A stretch of DNA of 64,000 nt. It comes from Octopus sinensis. Taxonomy: Eukaryota. Each line of letters begins with the position of its first letter. The first letter of the stretch is position 1. Below, piece after piece: positions 36,808-49,494 of this stretch. The position numbers and the translations under genes are program-made. The stretch lies in contig NC_043012.1 in assembly GCF_006345805.1 (NCBI RefSeq), forward strand, positions 23,064,001 through 23,128,000, given 5' to 3'. The notes beneath the pieces are model-generated. The model was not told where the DNA came from, did not search any database, and saw only the letters and a list, made by a program, of their open reading frames with translations.

Positions 36808-37042
36808 ATATTGTTATATTTTGGAATGGTCATTTTGCCAGTTTAGCCAATAAAAACACACGCACTATATATTTGGTGTTATTTTGCTTCAGTGTTATTT
36901 ATTTTTTACATTAATCTTAATCTTATTTTGGCCAGATTAATGTAAAAAATAAATAACACTGAAGCAAAATAACACCAAATATATAGTGTGTGTGTTTTTA
37001 TTGGCTAAACTGGCAAATGACCATTCTGAAATATAACAATAT
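36808..37042. mobile_element. Hairpin MITE: ~110-bp inverted arms with a 16-bp spacer, at a TA tract
   Basis: Left arm ATATTGTTATATTTTGGAATGGTCATTTTGCCAG...CATTAATCT (36808-36917) mirrors 36934-37042 with a few mismatches. Confidence 0.9.
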
Positions 37043-37128
37043 CTGTTTCAACACACAACTTCACATAAAAAATCTTTCACAACAAATATATAAACGTATA
37101 TATATATATATATAATATATATATGTGC

Positions 37129-37183
<55 letters not shown>

Positions 37184-37750
37184 GTGTGTATATATATATT
37201 ATATATATATATATATATGTATATATATACACACACATCATGAAGCAAAACCCAAATAGGCTTGGATTGTTGTGCTTTGGTGAGACTTGTATCATACAGG
37301 AAAAACAATAAAAGAACACAAAACACACAAAAGAGTGCAGTAAACTTAATTTTTTCCCAAAGAAGAAATGTCCAAAATGTTGGATTTAAAACTTCTCCGG
37401 GCAAGTTCACTGTTTTCTTTTTACCAAAGTCTTCGAAATGGATTTGGTAGATGGAAACCGGAAAAAAAAAAGATGTTCAACATGTGTGTGTGTATGTGTA
37501 TATCTATGTGTGTGTGTGTCTTTGTGTCTGGGTTCGTCCCTCCACCACCACTCAAAAACCTGTGCTGGTTTGTTTAAATTCCCATAACTTAATTGTTCAG
37601 CAAATGAGACTGACAGAATAAGTACTAGATTTAAAGGAAAAGTACTGGGCTTCATTTCTCTAACTAAAAATAGTTCAATGCAGTGCCCCAGCATGGTCAC
37701 AGTCTTATGACTGAAGCAAGTAAAAGAAGATATATGTGTGTGTATGTATA

Positions 37751-37812
<62 letters not shown>

Positions 37813-37814
<2 letters not shown>

Positions 37815-38022
37815 TCAAAATGTGACCGCGTGTGTACCGTTGGCAATTTATTTTCCTCCGTCTTCATTTCTTTGGACCTTTCCTTTTCCTATGTTTCTGA
37901 CGAAGAGCTCCGCTCGAAATGTTAAACCCTCGTTCTTTCCTTCTTTCCTGAGTGTCCAATAATACTATACTTGTTCCACGTCCTCGTGTTGTGTTTTCTC
38001 TTTGTGTTTTCATGTTTGGATT

Positions 38023-38025
<3 letters not shown>
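37813..38025 (+). mobile_element. Second copy of the ~213-bp hammerhead-core element
   Basis: GTTT-CTGACGA-AGAGCTCCGCTC-GAAA-TGTT-AAAC at 37893-37927. (TA)n on both sides. Confidence 0.75.
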
Positions 38026-38071
<46 letters not shown>

Positions 38072-38143
38072 TATATTATATTATATATATTATATATATT
38101 ATATTATATTATATTATATATATATATATATATTATATTATAT

Positions 38144-38174
<31 letters not shown>

Positions 38175-38934
38175 GATATATATATATATATATATAAGAT
38201 TCCACCCATGCCATCACATTAAATGATGATATGTCACTATTTCACATTGCTACATTTCTCACATAACTATGCAGCAGCCATGCTGTGCCTTCTCAGCTTC
38301 CCTGTCAAACTGCCTGTGATGCCTCAATGGTTCTAAAGGAGAAAAATCAAGTCTTCCTTTCATCATCATAATTTAATGACCATGTTCCACGCTGGCATGG
38401 GTTGGTCAGTTTGACAGAATCTGATGGGATTGAGGACAACATGCTCTGATATCGGCATGGGCATGGTTTCTACAGCTGGATGCCTTTGCTTTGTCAATTT
38501 ATTTCCTCTTTGAGATATTTTCAATTTGGATTCCCTCTATTAATTAATGTTATAGGGAATAATGTCATTCTGGAATCCAAATTAGTCCAAATAAACCTTG
38601 GTAAAACAATCTGAATATTACACTGGGAATATTATTGGTGAACGGTTCTTGAAATGTAAGAAGAGATGTAAAAGATAAATAAATAAATCAAACAAGTTTT
38701 AAAAGCATGATTACTTCCTGTTCTATAAGCAATCCAGAACATAAGCAAGTAGAGATAGCAATAATACAATGAACACAACATCTGTAAAACAGAGTTTCCA
38801 ACAAACCAAAGAAATTCTACAGTCTCAAACTACAGTCAATTTAGTAGAAAATAACAGAACAGAAAGGTAAAAGGGAAATCCCTCAGAAATACAAATGAAC
38901 AATGAACAAATAGTTTAGAAAAAAAAAAGCTTGA

Positions 38935-39336
38935 TAGGAGTGGCTGTGTGGTAAGTAGCTTGTTTACCAACCACATGGTTCCGGGTTCAGTCCCACTGCG
39001 TGGCATCTTGGGCAAGTGTCTTCTGCTATAGCCCCGGGCCGACCAATGCCTTGTGAGTGGATTTGGTAGACGGAAACTGAAAGAAGCCAGTTGTATATAT
39101 ATGTGTACGTGTGTGTTTGTGTGTCTGTGTTTGTCCCCCTAGCATTGCTTGACAACCGATGCTGGTGTGTTTACGTCCCCATAACTTAGCGGTTCGGCAA
39201 AAGAGACCGATAGAATAAGTACTGGGCTTACAAAGAATAAGTCCCGGGGTCGATTTGCTCGACTAAATGCGGTGCTCCAGCATGGCCGCAGTCAAATGAC
39301 TGAAACAAGTAAAAGAGTAAAGAGAGAGTAAAAGAG
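38935..39336 (+). mobile_element. Full-length young SINE family A
   Basis: Same as the 14548 copy. Confidence 0.92.
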
Positions 39337-39964
39337 TATAGAAGAAATGAAAATATAAATTGAAGACTTAAGAGCAGACATACCGAAAATAGCATCACAA
39401 ATGAGAGCAGAAGAAAAATGAATAAAACAAAAATGAAGCTTGTAATAGAACAAATTCTTGACGATAAAATGAGGAAATAGATTTGACTTATGTAAATCAG
39501 ATATGCCATGCAATAGCTGCTGGTATGATATGCAAATAGAAAGGAGACACGAGAAAATATTAAATCAAGGAAGAATAAAAATACGGAAAGGTATTCTTTA
39601 AATTAATTAGTGAAAATACAAAGGGAAGATTCCATGAGAAGTCTTAGGCTTTCCCAGACTAAAAAGATTAATGTGGTTAAAGTTCAGTTTGAACTTCTGT
39701 ACGTTCACATGTGCAAGAGAAAGACATGGTTAATGGAGTGAATTTCAGAGAATTGTATTTCTAGGGAAGACTAGTTGTGTAAAAGAGTTTATTGCTAGTT
39801 CTAGGTGAGGCAAGGCAGGAATACCCAACTATTGGGCAGGAAACCAGTACTGAGCAGTGGAACATTTGGTACCAGGCCACACAGAAAGAGTAAATATTAA
39901 AATTTTATTCCTATTTTACAACAAAAATCTTTCACGCTGGTTTTGCATTATATATGTATTATAA

Positions 39965-40145
39965 ATCATCATCATCATCATCATTTAGCATCCGCTTTCC
40001 ATGCTAGCATGGGTTGGACGGTTCAACTGGGATCTGGGAAGCCATAAGGCTGCACCAGGCCCAGTCTGATTTGGCAATGTTTCTATGGCTGGATGCCCTT
40101 CCTAATGCCAACCACTCCATGAGTGTAGTGGGGGCTTTTTACATA
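39965..40145 (-). mobile_element. Retroposon family C, 5'-truncated
   Basis: (CAT)n tail and GGATGCCCTTCCTAATGCCAACC motif. Confidence 0.85.
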
Positions 40146-40609
40146 AATGTAATAATTAAATTATATATCATGACCTTGTTGTGATTCAATATGTACATGA
40201 AGCCCTGGTTTATGGAAAAATTGTCTTGCTTGACAAATGTGGTTCAAAACAGGTTGATGACTGCTGAAGTAAGGCGTGTTAGGCATAGGGATAATAATGG
40301 ATTAGTAGGATTATCGAGTGGTTATGGTTGTTTGTGACTTTCTCATTTAAGAACAAGTACTCTTGCTGTAATAGTAAGAAAAAAAAGGGGTAGAGTTAGG
40401 TGACAGCATGTCTGTGAGCCAGTGGTTGTCTTATGTTGGCATAAAGCTCTTAACCAATAATCTAAACAGCTGTCTTTGGTTGCAAACTGAGAGATTTGCA
40501 CAAACAGCAGAAATAGAAAAATTAAACAGAGATATGGGAAAAAACATAGAATTAAATAATACTATACATGTTTACCACTAACTAAGAATTGTAAGAATTT
40601 CACTAATGA

Positions 40610-40652
<43 letters not shown>

Positions 40653-40659
40653 AAAGGAA

Positions 40660-40795
40660 AGCACAGACATGGCTGTGTAGTAAGAAATTTGATTTCCAAC
40701 ACATTGTTCTGGGTTCAATCCCATTGCATGGCACCTTGGGTCAAACAAAACCTTGTGAATGGATTTGGTAGATGGAAACTGAAAGAAGCCTATCA

Positions 40796-40845
<50 letters not shown>

Positions 40846-41040
40846 ATATATAATATATATATATATATCATATATATATAAAATATATATGTATTTCCGT
40901 CTACCATATCCAATTGTAAGGCTTTGGTTGGTCCGAGGCTTAGTAGAAGGCACTTGCCCAAGGTGCCACGCAGTGTGACTGAACCCAGGACCATGTGGTT
41001 GGTAAGCAAGCTATTTACCACAGAGCCACTCCTGCGCCTA
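40660..41040 (-). mobile_element. Two adjacent 5' halves of SINE family A separated by (TA)n
   Basis: Two CCAAATCC/CCATATCC...GGCTTTG...CTTACCACACAGCC-like head segments. Confidence 0.8.
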
Positions 41041-42613
41041 TATACATATACTTATATATCGCATTTTGCAGTTTTAACCCCAAATTTATCAACCATCTTT
41101 TATATATATATACATATATATATATATATACAGTATTTTACTATCTTAAGTGTCCTTTACCTATAATCTTTGTCAATAAAAGGAAAACCAAAAATCCTTT
41201 GAAGAATTTAAACGAAATGATGACCCTGTTCCCGGAGCAGTTTTTTACTTCCACTTTACAATTTAGTTGTTGTATAAAACTCACAAGCCTTATCAGTGCG
41301 ATGTAAACTATATTTAGACGGCTACTTGTTTATTAACATTAAAAGCCAATTGCATATCAGTGCCACACGCACAGAAATATTTTATATGTTTATGAAAATT
41401 ATATTGACCTAGTATCAAAACAACATCAGATCAGATTGCAGTGCTTGTTTACTCAAAAATCTCATCACAGCTATTCATTTTGTGACAAGATAAGTTATTG
41501 TATTGTCGTTCCCTTTCTTTATTTCCCCCATCAAAAAATTGCTGGGAGAAAGAAAGGAAAGGAAAGAGAGATACATATTTCTATAAACATGATGTTAACT
41601 ATCCCTCAGTCTGCACAACTAACACGTATATCAAACATCACAACAGCAATAAAGACAATGTCATCATAATAACAAAACAATAGGGCAAATAGTGAAAAGA
41701 ATTCAAGTTTAGATTTCAGGGAAAATATATTAAAAAAAATACAATGAAAAATGAAGGAAAAAGCCAGAAATATCAGTTGATTATGCTCAGAAGAACATTA
41801 AGACAAGGAGAAGGAACTTAATTACATCATTAAAAACCTATATAAGAGCTCTACTGACGAAAATAAAACAACTCTGTTCTTTATCTAAGAGAAATAACCC
41901 AATATTTTACTACTGGAAAAAAAAAAAAAAAATTAGCAACAATTGGTCAATTGTTGTTGATGTTGTTGTTGTTGATGGTGGTGGTGGTGGTGGTAGTGGT
42001 GGGTAGTGAAGATGTGCATTCTACACAAAATGATATATTTATTTACATTTGTGAAAAACACACACACAATGAAATATCTTCTGGAAGAGAGAGAGAGTCT
42101 ACATATGATAATTCTAACTAACCATTTTCCTCTAAATGACAGCAGCTGAGATAAAAAATAAACGAAGTAAACAATAAAAGAAAATCAAACTAAGAAAACA
42201 AAACCAAAAAAAAAAAAACAAAGAAAAAACTCAAAGCAAAGAATTACCCTCAAATCAACATAAGGGCTGGAAGCTTTGTAAAGTGATATATTTCGGCCTT
42301 GTAACAATATTGAAGTAATATGAGGAACCATTGCCAAACTCTCACACATTTTTTATACTTTTCCAATGAACAGATTTTTTATGAACTGTTATAATGACAG
42401 ACCAATTCAGAGGCAGTTCTCTATTCTCTACTCCCACTACAACTCCAGCTCCCTGTCTTTTTTTTTTTTTTTTTTCCGTCTCTCTAAACAACATCCTTGG
42501 ATAACACTGATATCTTTTAATCATATTCAGTCTGACAGGTCCTTTCCAACATCCACGTTCCTGCCAAGTTTATAGATCTTCACAAATCAAAAGTTACCAG
42601 AGTTCCAAGACAG

Positions 42614-42644
<31 letters not shown>

Positions 42645-42669
42645 ATGTATCCAATGTATGTAAATATGC

Positions 42670-42719
<50 letters not shown>

Positions 42720-43032
42720 ATACACACACATACATACATGCATGCATATGCATACATACACACACACGAATGAACGATAAAAATCTACAAATCAGCTTAT
42801 GGTTAGAAACCCCTTACAAACAATGACTTTATTACAAGAGGAGAACGGAGAAGAAGAAGATGTTTTATTAGAATAATTAAATAATTTTTCTTTTATTATT
42901 ATTATTATAAAAAGAAGGTAGCCAAGCAATTCAGATTTCAGCAAGAAGTGTAACTAGTCAGATAGAAAACTGATAAACAGAGGCTATTTATGTCCCAAGT
43001 TAACTGAAAACAAATGGACAAAGCTGTTTTAA

Positions 43033-43253
43033 CCCTTTAGTGTTTGCATTATTCTGCCAAAATTAATCTTTTTTTATCCACATTGTTTTGAACTAATCAT
43101 ACATCATCTTGTAGCTATGAGATTTTGATGAGGTAGCTGTTAATTTTGAAAACGATATTGTAGGGTTGGTGTGAGAGACCAGATCTGGTTAGTTTGATCA
43201 TGAAACAGACAGAATACTTTTGGCCGGATATGGCCGGTTTAAATGCTAAAGGG
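43033..43253. mobile_element. piggyBac-like MITE (TTAA target, CCCT termini)
   Basis: TTAA|CCCTTTAGTGTTT ... AAATGCTAAAGGG|TGAA. Partial copies lie at about 790-1010, 5215-5400, 28878-29090, 36595-36750, 43963-44110 and 44715-44840. Confidence 0.75.
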
Positions 43254-43446
43254 TGAAGGCAGTAGCAGGTAATTGTACGGGCGTTAGCATATTCAATGCA
43301 TCACATTGTATCACAGCCAATCTTCTAATTGAGCTAAGGAAATTATATTTCCATCGGTCTTTCAGTTGTTGTTATTGTCCCTCATTTGTAACTCCTGATA
43401 GAAGTAACAGTAAATATTTTATCTTTTTTATCTAGACACAGAATAG

Positions 43447-43810
43447 GGCACGTAAAAAGCACCATCCGATCGTGGCCATTGCCAGCCTTGCCTGGCCTCC
43501 GTGCCGGTGGCACGTAAAAAGCACCATCCGATCATGGCCATTGCCAGCCTTGCTTGGCCTCTGTGCCGGTGGCACGTAAAAAGCACCATCTGATCGTGGC
43601 CGTTTGCCAGCCTCGTCTGGCACCTGTGCCGGTGGCATGTAAAAAGCACCCACTACACTCATGGAGTGGTTGGCGTTAGGAAGGGCATCCAGCCGTAGAA
43701 ACATTGCCAGATCAGACTGGGCCTGGTGCAGCCTTCTGGCTTCCCAGACCCCAGTTGAACCGTCCAACCCATGACAGCATGGAAAGCGGATGCTAAACGA
43801 TGATGATGAT
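43447..43810 (+). mobile_element. Retroposon family C with 3+ internal ~62-bp tandem units
   Basis: Units start at CACGTAAAAAGCACC (43450, 43511, 43573, 43636). The element ends in (GAT)n. Confidence 0.88.
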
Positions 43811-44305
43811 AATTGCTAATTCATCCTTTTGGATTGGTATTTTAGGATGAAAGGTATAGTTAACCTGGGTAGGATTTGAACTCAAATCACAGAGAGTCAG
43901 AACACAACAACAAATTATTCTGTTTGATTCTCTAATGACCGTCAATTCACTGCCTGAATATTTAACCCTTTAGAATTCAGATTACTCTGGCAAATGTTAA
44001 GCTTATATATTCATATTGCATTTTATCATCATGTCATAGCTTTGAAATTTCAATAATGTGATTGTAAGGCAAGTATGAGAGGCCAGATCTGGCTGCAAAG
44101 AACCTAAAAAAGCTAAAGTAGCATCAGATCTTAATCTTAATCATAATTCCTCCTGTACAACTGATTTGTACATTGAGCAACAAAATATCTCGAATCAGTT
44201 TCAAGCATAATTGCCTGCATTTTCCCGGATGTTTCTAATATGCTTCTAAGAACCACGTGGTTGGGAAGCAAATTTCTTATCTCACAACCACACCTGTGCC
44301 TATAT

Positions 44306-44714
44306 ACTCTTTACTCTCTCTTTTACTTGTTTCAGTCATTTGACTGCGGCCATGCTGGAGCACCGCCTTTAGTCGAGCAAATCGACCCCGGGACTTATTC
44401 TTTTGTAAGCCCAGTACTTATTCTATCGGTCTTTTTTGCCGAACCGCTAAGTTATGGGGACGTAAACATACCAGCATCGGTTGTCAAGCAATGCTAGGGG
44501 GACAAACACAGACACACAAACATATACACGCACATACATATATATATATACGACAGGCTTCTTTCAGTTTCCGTCTACCAAATCCACTCACAAGGCTTTG
44601 GTCGGCCCGAAGCTATAGCAGAAGACACTTACCCAAGTTGCCACGCAGTGGGACTGAACCCGGAACCATGTGGTTGGTATGCAAACTACTTACCACACAG
44701 CCACTCCTGCGCCT
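44306..44714 (-). mobile_element. Full-length young SINE family A
   Basis: Reverse complement of the 14548 and 38935 copies. Confidence 0.92.
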
Positions 44715-45929
44715 ATGTGATTATTTATTCTTAAAATGACATTGTAGGGTAGGTGTGAGAAGCAGAATGTAACCAGTGTGGAAATAAAACAGGTAGAGCA
44801 TTTGGGCCAGATATGCCCAGTTTAAATAGTAAAAGGTTAAAATATTTGATTCCCTTTCTTTACATCTTGAGACCAAATCTCTCAAGAATCAAATTTGCTT
44901 TTAATTTCTCTCAGAGTTGAACAGTACTGGAATTGGTTCAATCAGCATTCTTGTTCTTTTGTTGACATTGTTTTGTTCAAAATAAATCAATATTAACTTC
45001 TAGTGGAACAAGAAGATTCAGTTGCCTGAACAGAGGAAGCTATTTACTTTACTTATGCTCCTTATGTCCTTCAAGAAAGCATCGCCATCACACAATTTTA
45101 TTCTGGTTCCTCCAATGTCTGAGGATTTTTAAAGAATAAATATTGCTTTAAAAAATTACTATTTTTAAATCTCACAATGTGAGATATTCAGCAACAGTAC
45201 TTTGGAGTAAAGATTATTTGCCAACATAATATGGCAGTCCTGGCTGAGGATGAACATTGCTGTAATGTATCCCCAGGAGACATCATCTCCAGCTGGTTAT
45301 GTGACACGATCTGTATCGTTATATTTTCGAACAAGGGAATCTAGCACCCCCACTCAGCTCAAAACAATATCTGTATTGCTATTTCCAGGTTATTTCCTGG
45401 ACAGTTACTCTGTACTGATGAAGGGAAATAATCTGGAAATTGTGATAATCTGGAAATTGTAGCAAAAATAAGGTCCAACATAGAAGATAGAAAGTTGTAC
45501 AAGTTTGGAATTTGGTGAATAAGGAATTTAGTGAGGCAATTTTTATCTGATTTACTTTTTACTTGTTTCAGTAATTAAACTGTGGCCATGCTGGGGCACT
45601 ATCTTGAGGGATTTTAGCCAAATGAATCGAGCCCTATTCTATTTGTCTCTTTTGCTGAACCTTTAAGTTACAGGGCTGTAAATACACCAACACCAGTTGT
45701 CAAGAGGTGAGAAGTACAGACGTGTGTGTGTGTGTATATGTTTCAGTTGGTCTACTAAATATACTCACAATGCTTAGGACAACTAAAAGCTGTAGCAGAA
45801 GACACATGCCCAAGGTACCACACACTGAGACTGTAGCCAGAACCATGTATTGGAAAGCAAACTTCTTACAACACAACCTCACCTGCACCTACAGACAGTA
45901 TTATCAAACGGATTGCATGACTTTCTGGT

Positions 45930-46145
45930 CATGGGCAAATAGAAGAATTTTTCGAATATTAAGTACAGAATACAAAACCAATGATAAAATATTAAGAATA
46001 GGAAAAGAAGGGAAGAAAACTATATTAGACACTATCAAAAGGCAAAACTAATAATGGAAGGTGAAATGGATGAGAACAAATAGAAGTGTGGAGAGGAAGG
46101 GACCAAGAATTATGTATGTGGATAATATCAAGAATTGGACAGACT
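45930..46145 (+). pseudogene. RTE-clade LINE ORF C-terminal fragment
   Basis: Translates, with stops and frameshifts, as RRIFRILSTEYKTNDKILRIG...TILDTIKRQ / IMEGEM / RKGPRIMYVDNIKNWTDL. This resembles the post-RT region of RTE elements (RRML-I-W-TNE-VL...GRPR-DNI-W). Confidence 0.65.
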
Positions 46146-47373
46146 TAAAAAAACGCAGAGAGCAGAATGTATGAAGTCAACAGAAGAAAAACCAAGAAAG
46201 ACGACAATCCCATGGAAATCCATATTCTGAGGAGAGAAAATGATATTTTATAAGGGTGGTTATGATGACGGTGGTGATGGTGGAGGCAATGATGATGATA
46301 ATGCAGACAACAGCAACAATGATGACAATAATGATGATGTTGATGATGTTGATGATGCCAAATAATAGCCTATAACCGGTCAATACTTTCTTTGCTCAGT
46401 AAGAAAGAAGTGGAATGGCTCATCACCATAAACGGCAGCAGCAGTCGCAGAAATATAAGTGTATTATTAGCTTTGCTGTATTAAGTATGTATTCTACGCT
46501 GGGTTTGAGCCTATGATAGATTAGACCCTACTTCCAAATCTACCACCACGGTTCCAGAATAAACTTCAAGAAGCATAAGAAAAAAAGAAAACCAAAACAA
46601 AAAAAAAAACAAAAAATAACAAACAAACATAAGGAAAACAATAAAGGAAAAACATGACAGAAATTATAGAAATTTCAACAACAGAAAAAAAAGAAAGAAA
46701 AAAATAAACTAGTCTGATTCATTTGCTATTGTAAGTTAACAAGTCTTTTCATTTGTTTGTTGTTGTTGTTGTAGCAGATCTTAGTAGCAGATTGAGAAGC
46801 CAGTGATGTGTAAAACAAGTGGTTTTAGAGAAGCAAGTTGTTGTTGTTGTTGTTGTTGGGTTTTTTATTTTTATTTTAATAGAACAAAAATTATTTTAAC
46901 AGCATGACTCCAAATGAAATGGAAAGAAAACTTCTCACTAATCAAGCAGTATTTTTATGTCAATGTAAATGTCTGCTTGGGTATATAAAGGTATGTGGAG
47001 GTAGGTAGGATAGGTTGGGTTAGGGGTTAGAGTAAATTGTGAGGTAGGTAGGTAGGTAGGGAGGTTGGTTGGTAGGCAGAACGTAGAAAGTGAAAGTAGG
47101 ATGGGATGGGGTAAGGGTGGTTAGGTGAAGTTTACTCCTTCACCCTGCATCATACACTGATTTGGAGTTTGTTGTTGGTTAGTTTCTGTCAGTATTATAT
47201 ATAGGGTCTTATTAAAAGAAGGAAGCTGCTGCTGTTGTTGTTGTTGTTGTTTCAGAAAAAAGAAAGAGAGAGATAAAGGGTAGGGAAGAAGAAGAAAAAA
47301 GAAAAAAAGAAGAAAACTAAATGAACATCAAGTTAAAGAATGTATGTTTGCATATATGCATGTATCTTTATAT

Positions 47374-47404
<31 letters not shown>

Positions 47405-47499
47405 TAAGGGGAAAGAAAGAGAAAGAAAGAAAAAGAAATGCTTCTGCAAAGAGAAAGAGAGAGAGAGAGAGAGAATGGGAGGAAGGGAAAGAGAAACAT

Positions 47500-48120
47500 A
47501 AAAGGCAGTTTCAAGTGTTTGTTATCTGCAACATTTCTGCCCATTTGTTTCTCTGCAATGCTTGTGAAGTCAGTAAGGCAGCCATGCCGTATTATTAGTG
47601 TCAAAGTGAATTAATAGCGGCACAGTGGCTGAACTGTATCACTTCTGACTTGAGACATTTCAAGGTTTCACATACAATGGCTGAGGTAACTTGTCACACG
47701 GTACACCACCATTACTCCACCGCCGCCACCATTACCACCACCACCACCATCGCCGCCGCCACTGCATACAGCTACATTCTCTCTCCCCAACCCCCACACC
47801 GCTACTGCAAACACCGCCGCCGCCATCCACCTTCTGCTTTTCCGCGCGCACAAGGAAAAAAGAACCCTGTTATTTCATGCAACCTAAACAACAGACAACT
47901 ACATCAGGTTTTACTTTTCAATAGAAACCGAAACTAATTTTCGGTTTTTCTTATTTCCATGAATTTGGATTATTATTATACGGTTGCTTCTTTTGTTTTG
48001 CCGCTAATTTTTTAATCAATTATTTTAATTTTTCCCCAAGAATAATAACGCGAAAAATCATAGGTGTATCAATGTAATCCAAGATGGCTCCCACAAAGAG
48101 AAATATAATTCATCACGGGG
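47500..48120 (+). promoter_or_regulatory. Candidate promoter and first exon with CpG-retaining downstream region
   Basis: GA-rich tract 47370-47475; TCAGT Inr-like motif near 47569; CATACA-ATG-GCT-GAG|GTAACT (47677-47685); followed by CCGCCGCC and CCGCGCGC CpG-rich sequence unusual for this window. Confidence 0.3.
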
Positions 48121-49032
48121 GTTTTTCTTTTTTTTTTTTTTGGTTTATTATATGTTTTTTTTTCTTCTTTTTTTTTTAAGAATCCTCCCTGTTATTAACA
48201 TTATCCTTGTAATTGTTATGGCAGTTTCCTTGATATCATTTCTTGCTGCAGCTTACATGATGACGATGATGATGATGATGATGTTGATGAGGGTGATGAG
48301 AGAGGGAATGTTTTTCTATTGTAAGAGAATTATTCGAGACAATGATTTATGCCAAAGCAACATTGCAATCATGTGATTGATTTCTGGACTTTAAAATGAG
48401 TGGGTTATACAATTAAAACATGAAGCTTATTTGTGTTAGTTAACTTGTTGGGTTATAATCATCAAACTTAAAAAGGAACATTATAAATATCACCATCACC
48501 CATCATCACATTCATACATCTTTGCCTTCATCAATAGGATTAGAATTTCTCATATTTCATTCTTACTTTTTTTTATTTTCTTTACCATTGATAGACTTGA
48601 ATTCTTGGTAGATCAATTATCTTTTTTTTATAATTATTTTTACTATAAAATTAGATTTCCATACCTAGCTCTAAATTTTTTTCTAAACTGTTGTCCTTTA
48701 CAATTTGTAATTTATGAAAGTCGCTACATAAACAAAGTAAATTTGGTTACAGACCCCTAGCCTGAAGATCTTGTGGCCCTTATGGTATGTGTGTGTGCGT
48801 AAGTGTGTGTGTGTGTGTGTGTGTGCATAAGTGCAGACATGGCTCTGCTGTTAAGAAGCACACTTCATAAACATTTTGTTTTGGGCTCGGTCCCTCCATG
48901 TAACACCTGGGGCAAGCATGTATTGAACTATAGTCCTGGGTTGAACAAAGTCAGCGAATGAAGTAGACAGAAATACTCCCGCTGTCTTTCTATCTGTCTC
49001 TCACACACACACAAATGTGTCAGTGAATATAT

Positions 49033-49263
49033 ATTTCTTTACTACCCACAAGGAGCTAAACACAGAGGGGACAAACAAGGACAGACAAACGGATTAAGTT
49101 GATTACATCGACCCCAGTGTATAACTGGTACTTAATTTATCGACCCCGAAAGGATGAAAGGCAAAGTCGACCTCGGCGGAATTTGAACTCGGAACGTAAC
49201 GACAGATGAAATACGGCTACGCATTTCGCCCGGCACGCTAACGTTTCTGCCAGCTCGCCGCCA
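49033..49263 (-). mobile_element. Intact young SINE family B with 15-bp TSD
   Basis: Minus-strand head GGCGGCGAGCTGGCAGAAACGTTAGC...CGAGTTCAAATTCCGCC and central GTCGACTTTGCCTTTCATCCTTTCGGGGTCGATAAATTAAGTACC, which resembles the Meta-type SINE domain as I recall it. TGTCAGTGAATATAT is at 49018-49032 and 49265-49279. Confidence 0.92.
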
Positions 49264-49494
49264 TTGTCAGTGAATATATGTCAGTGTCAGTGAATATAAT
49301 TGAATCTGTGTGTGTGTGCATGAAAGAGAGAGAGAGAGAGAGAGAGAGAGTAAGAGCAAAAAGCCAAAAAAAAAATTGAATCTAGAATTTTTTTTCATTA
49401 ATAGCAACACGAAACATAACAAAAACAACTGCAAAATTCTATCAGTTTCTAAATGTGTTTGATTTGAATCTCATTATAATAGATATTTAGAATA

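Noticed and set aside
40380-40500. Minus-strand polypyrimidine acceptors followed by FATKDSCLDYW... or QEYLFLNEK...
   Set aside because: No good donor and no recognisable homology. Such acceptors are frequent by chance in this base composition.
45410-45450. CTGATGA...GAAA words in the foldback MITE centre (also 27897-27930)
   Set aside because: No NUH triplet or stem III. The apparent pairing is explained by the element's inverted-repeat symmetry, so it is not a hammerhead.
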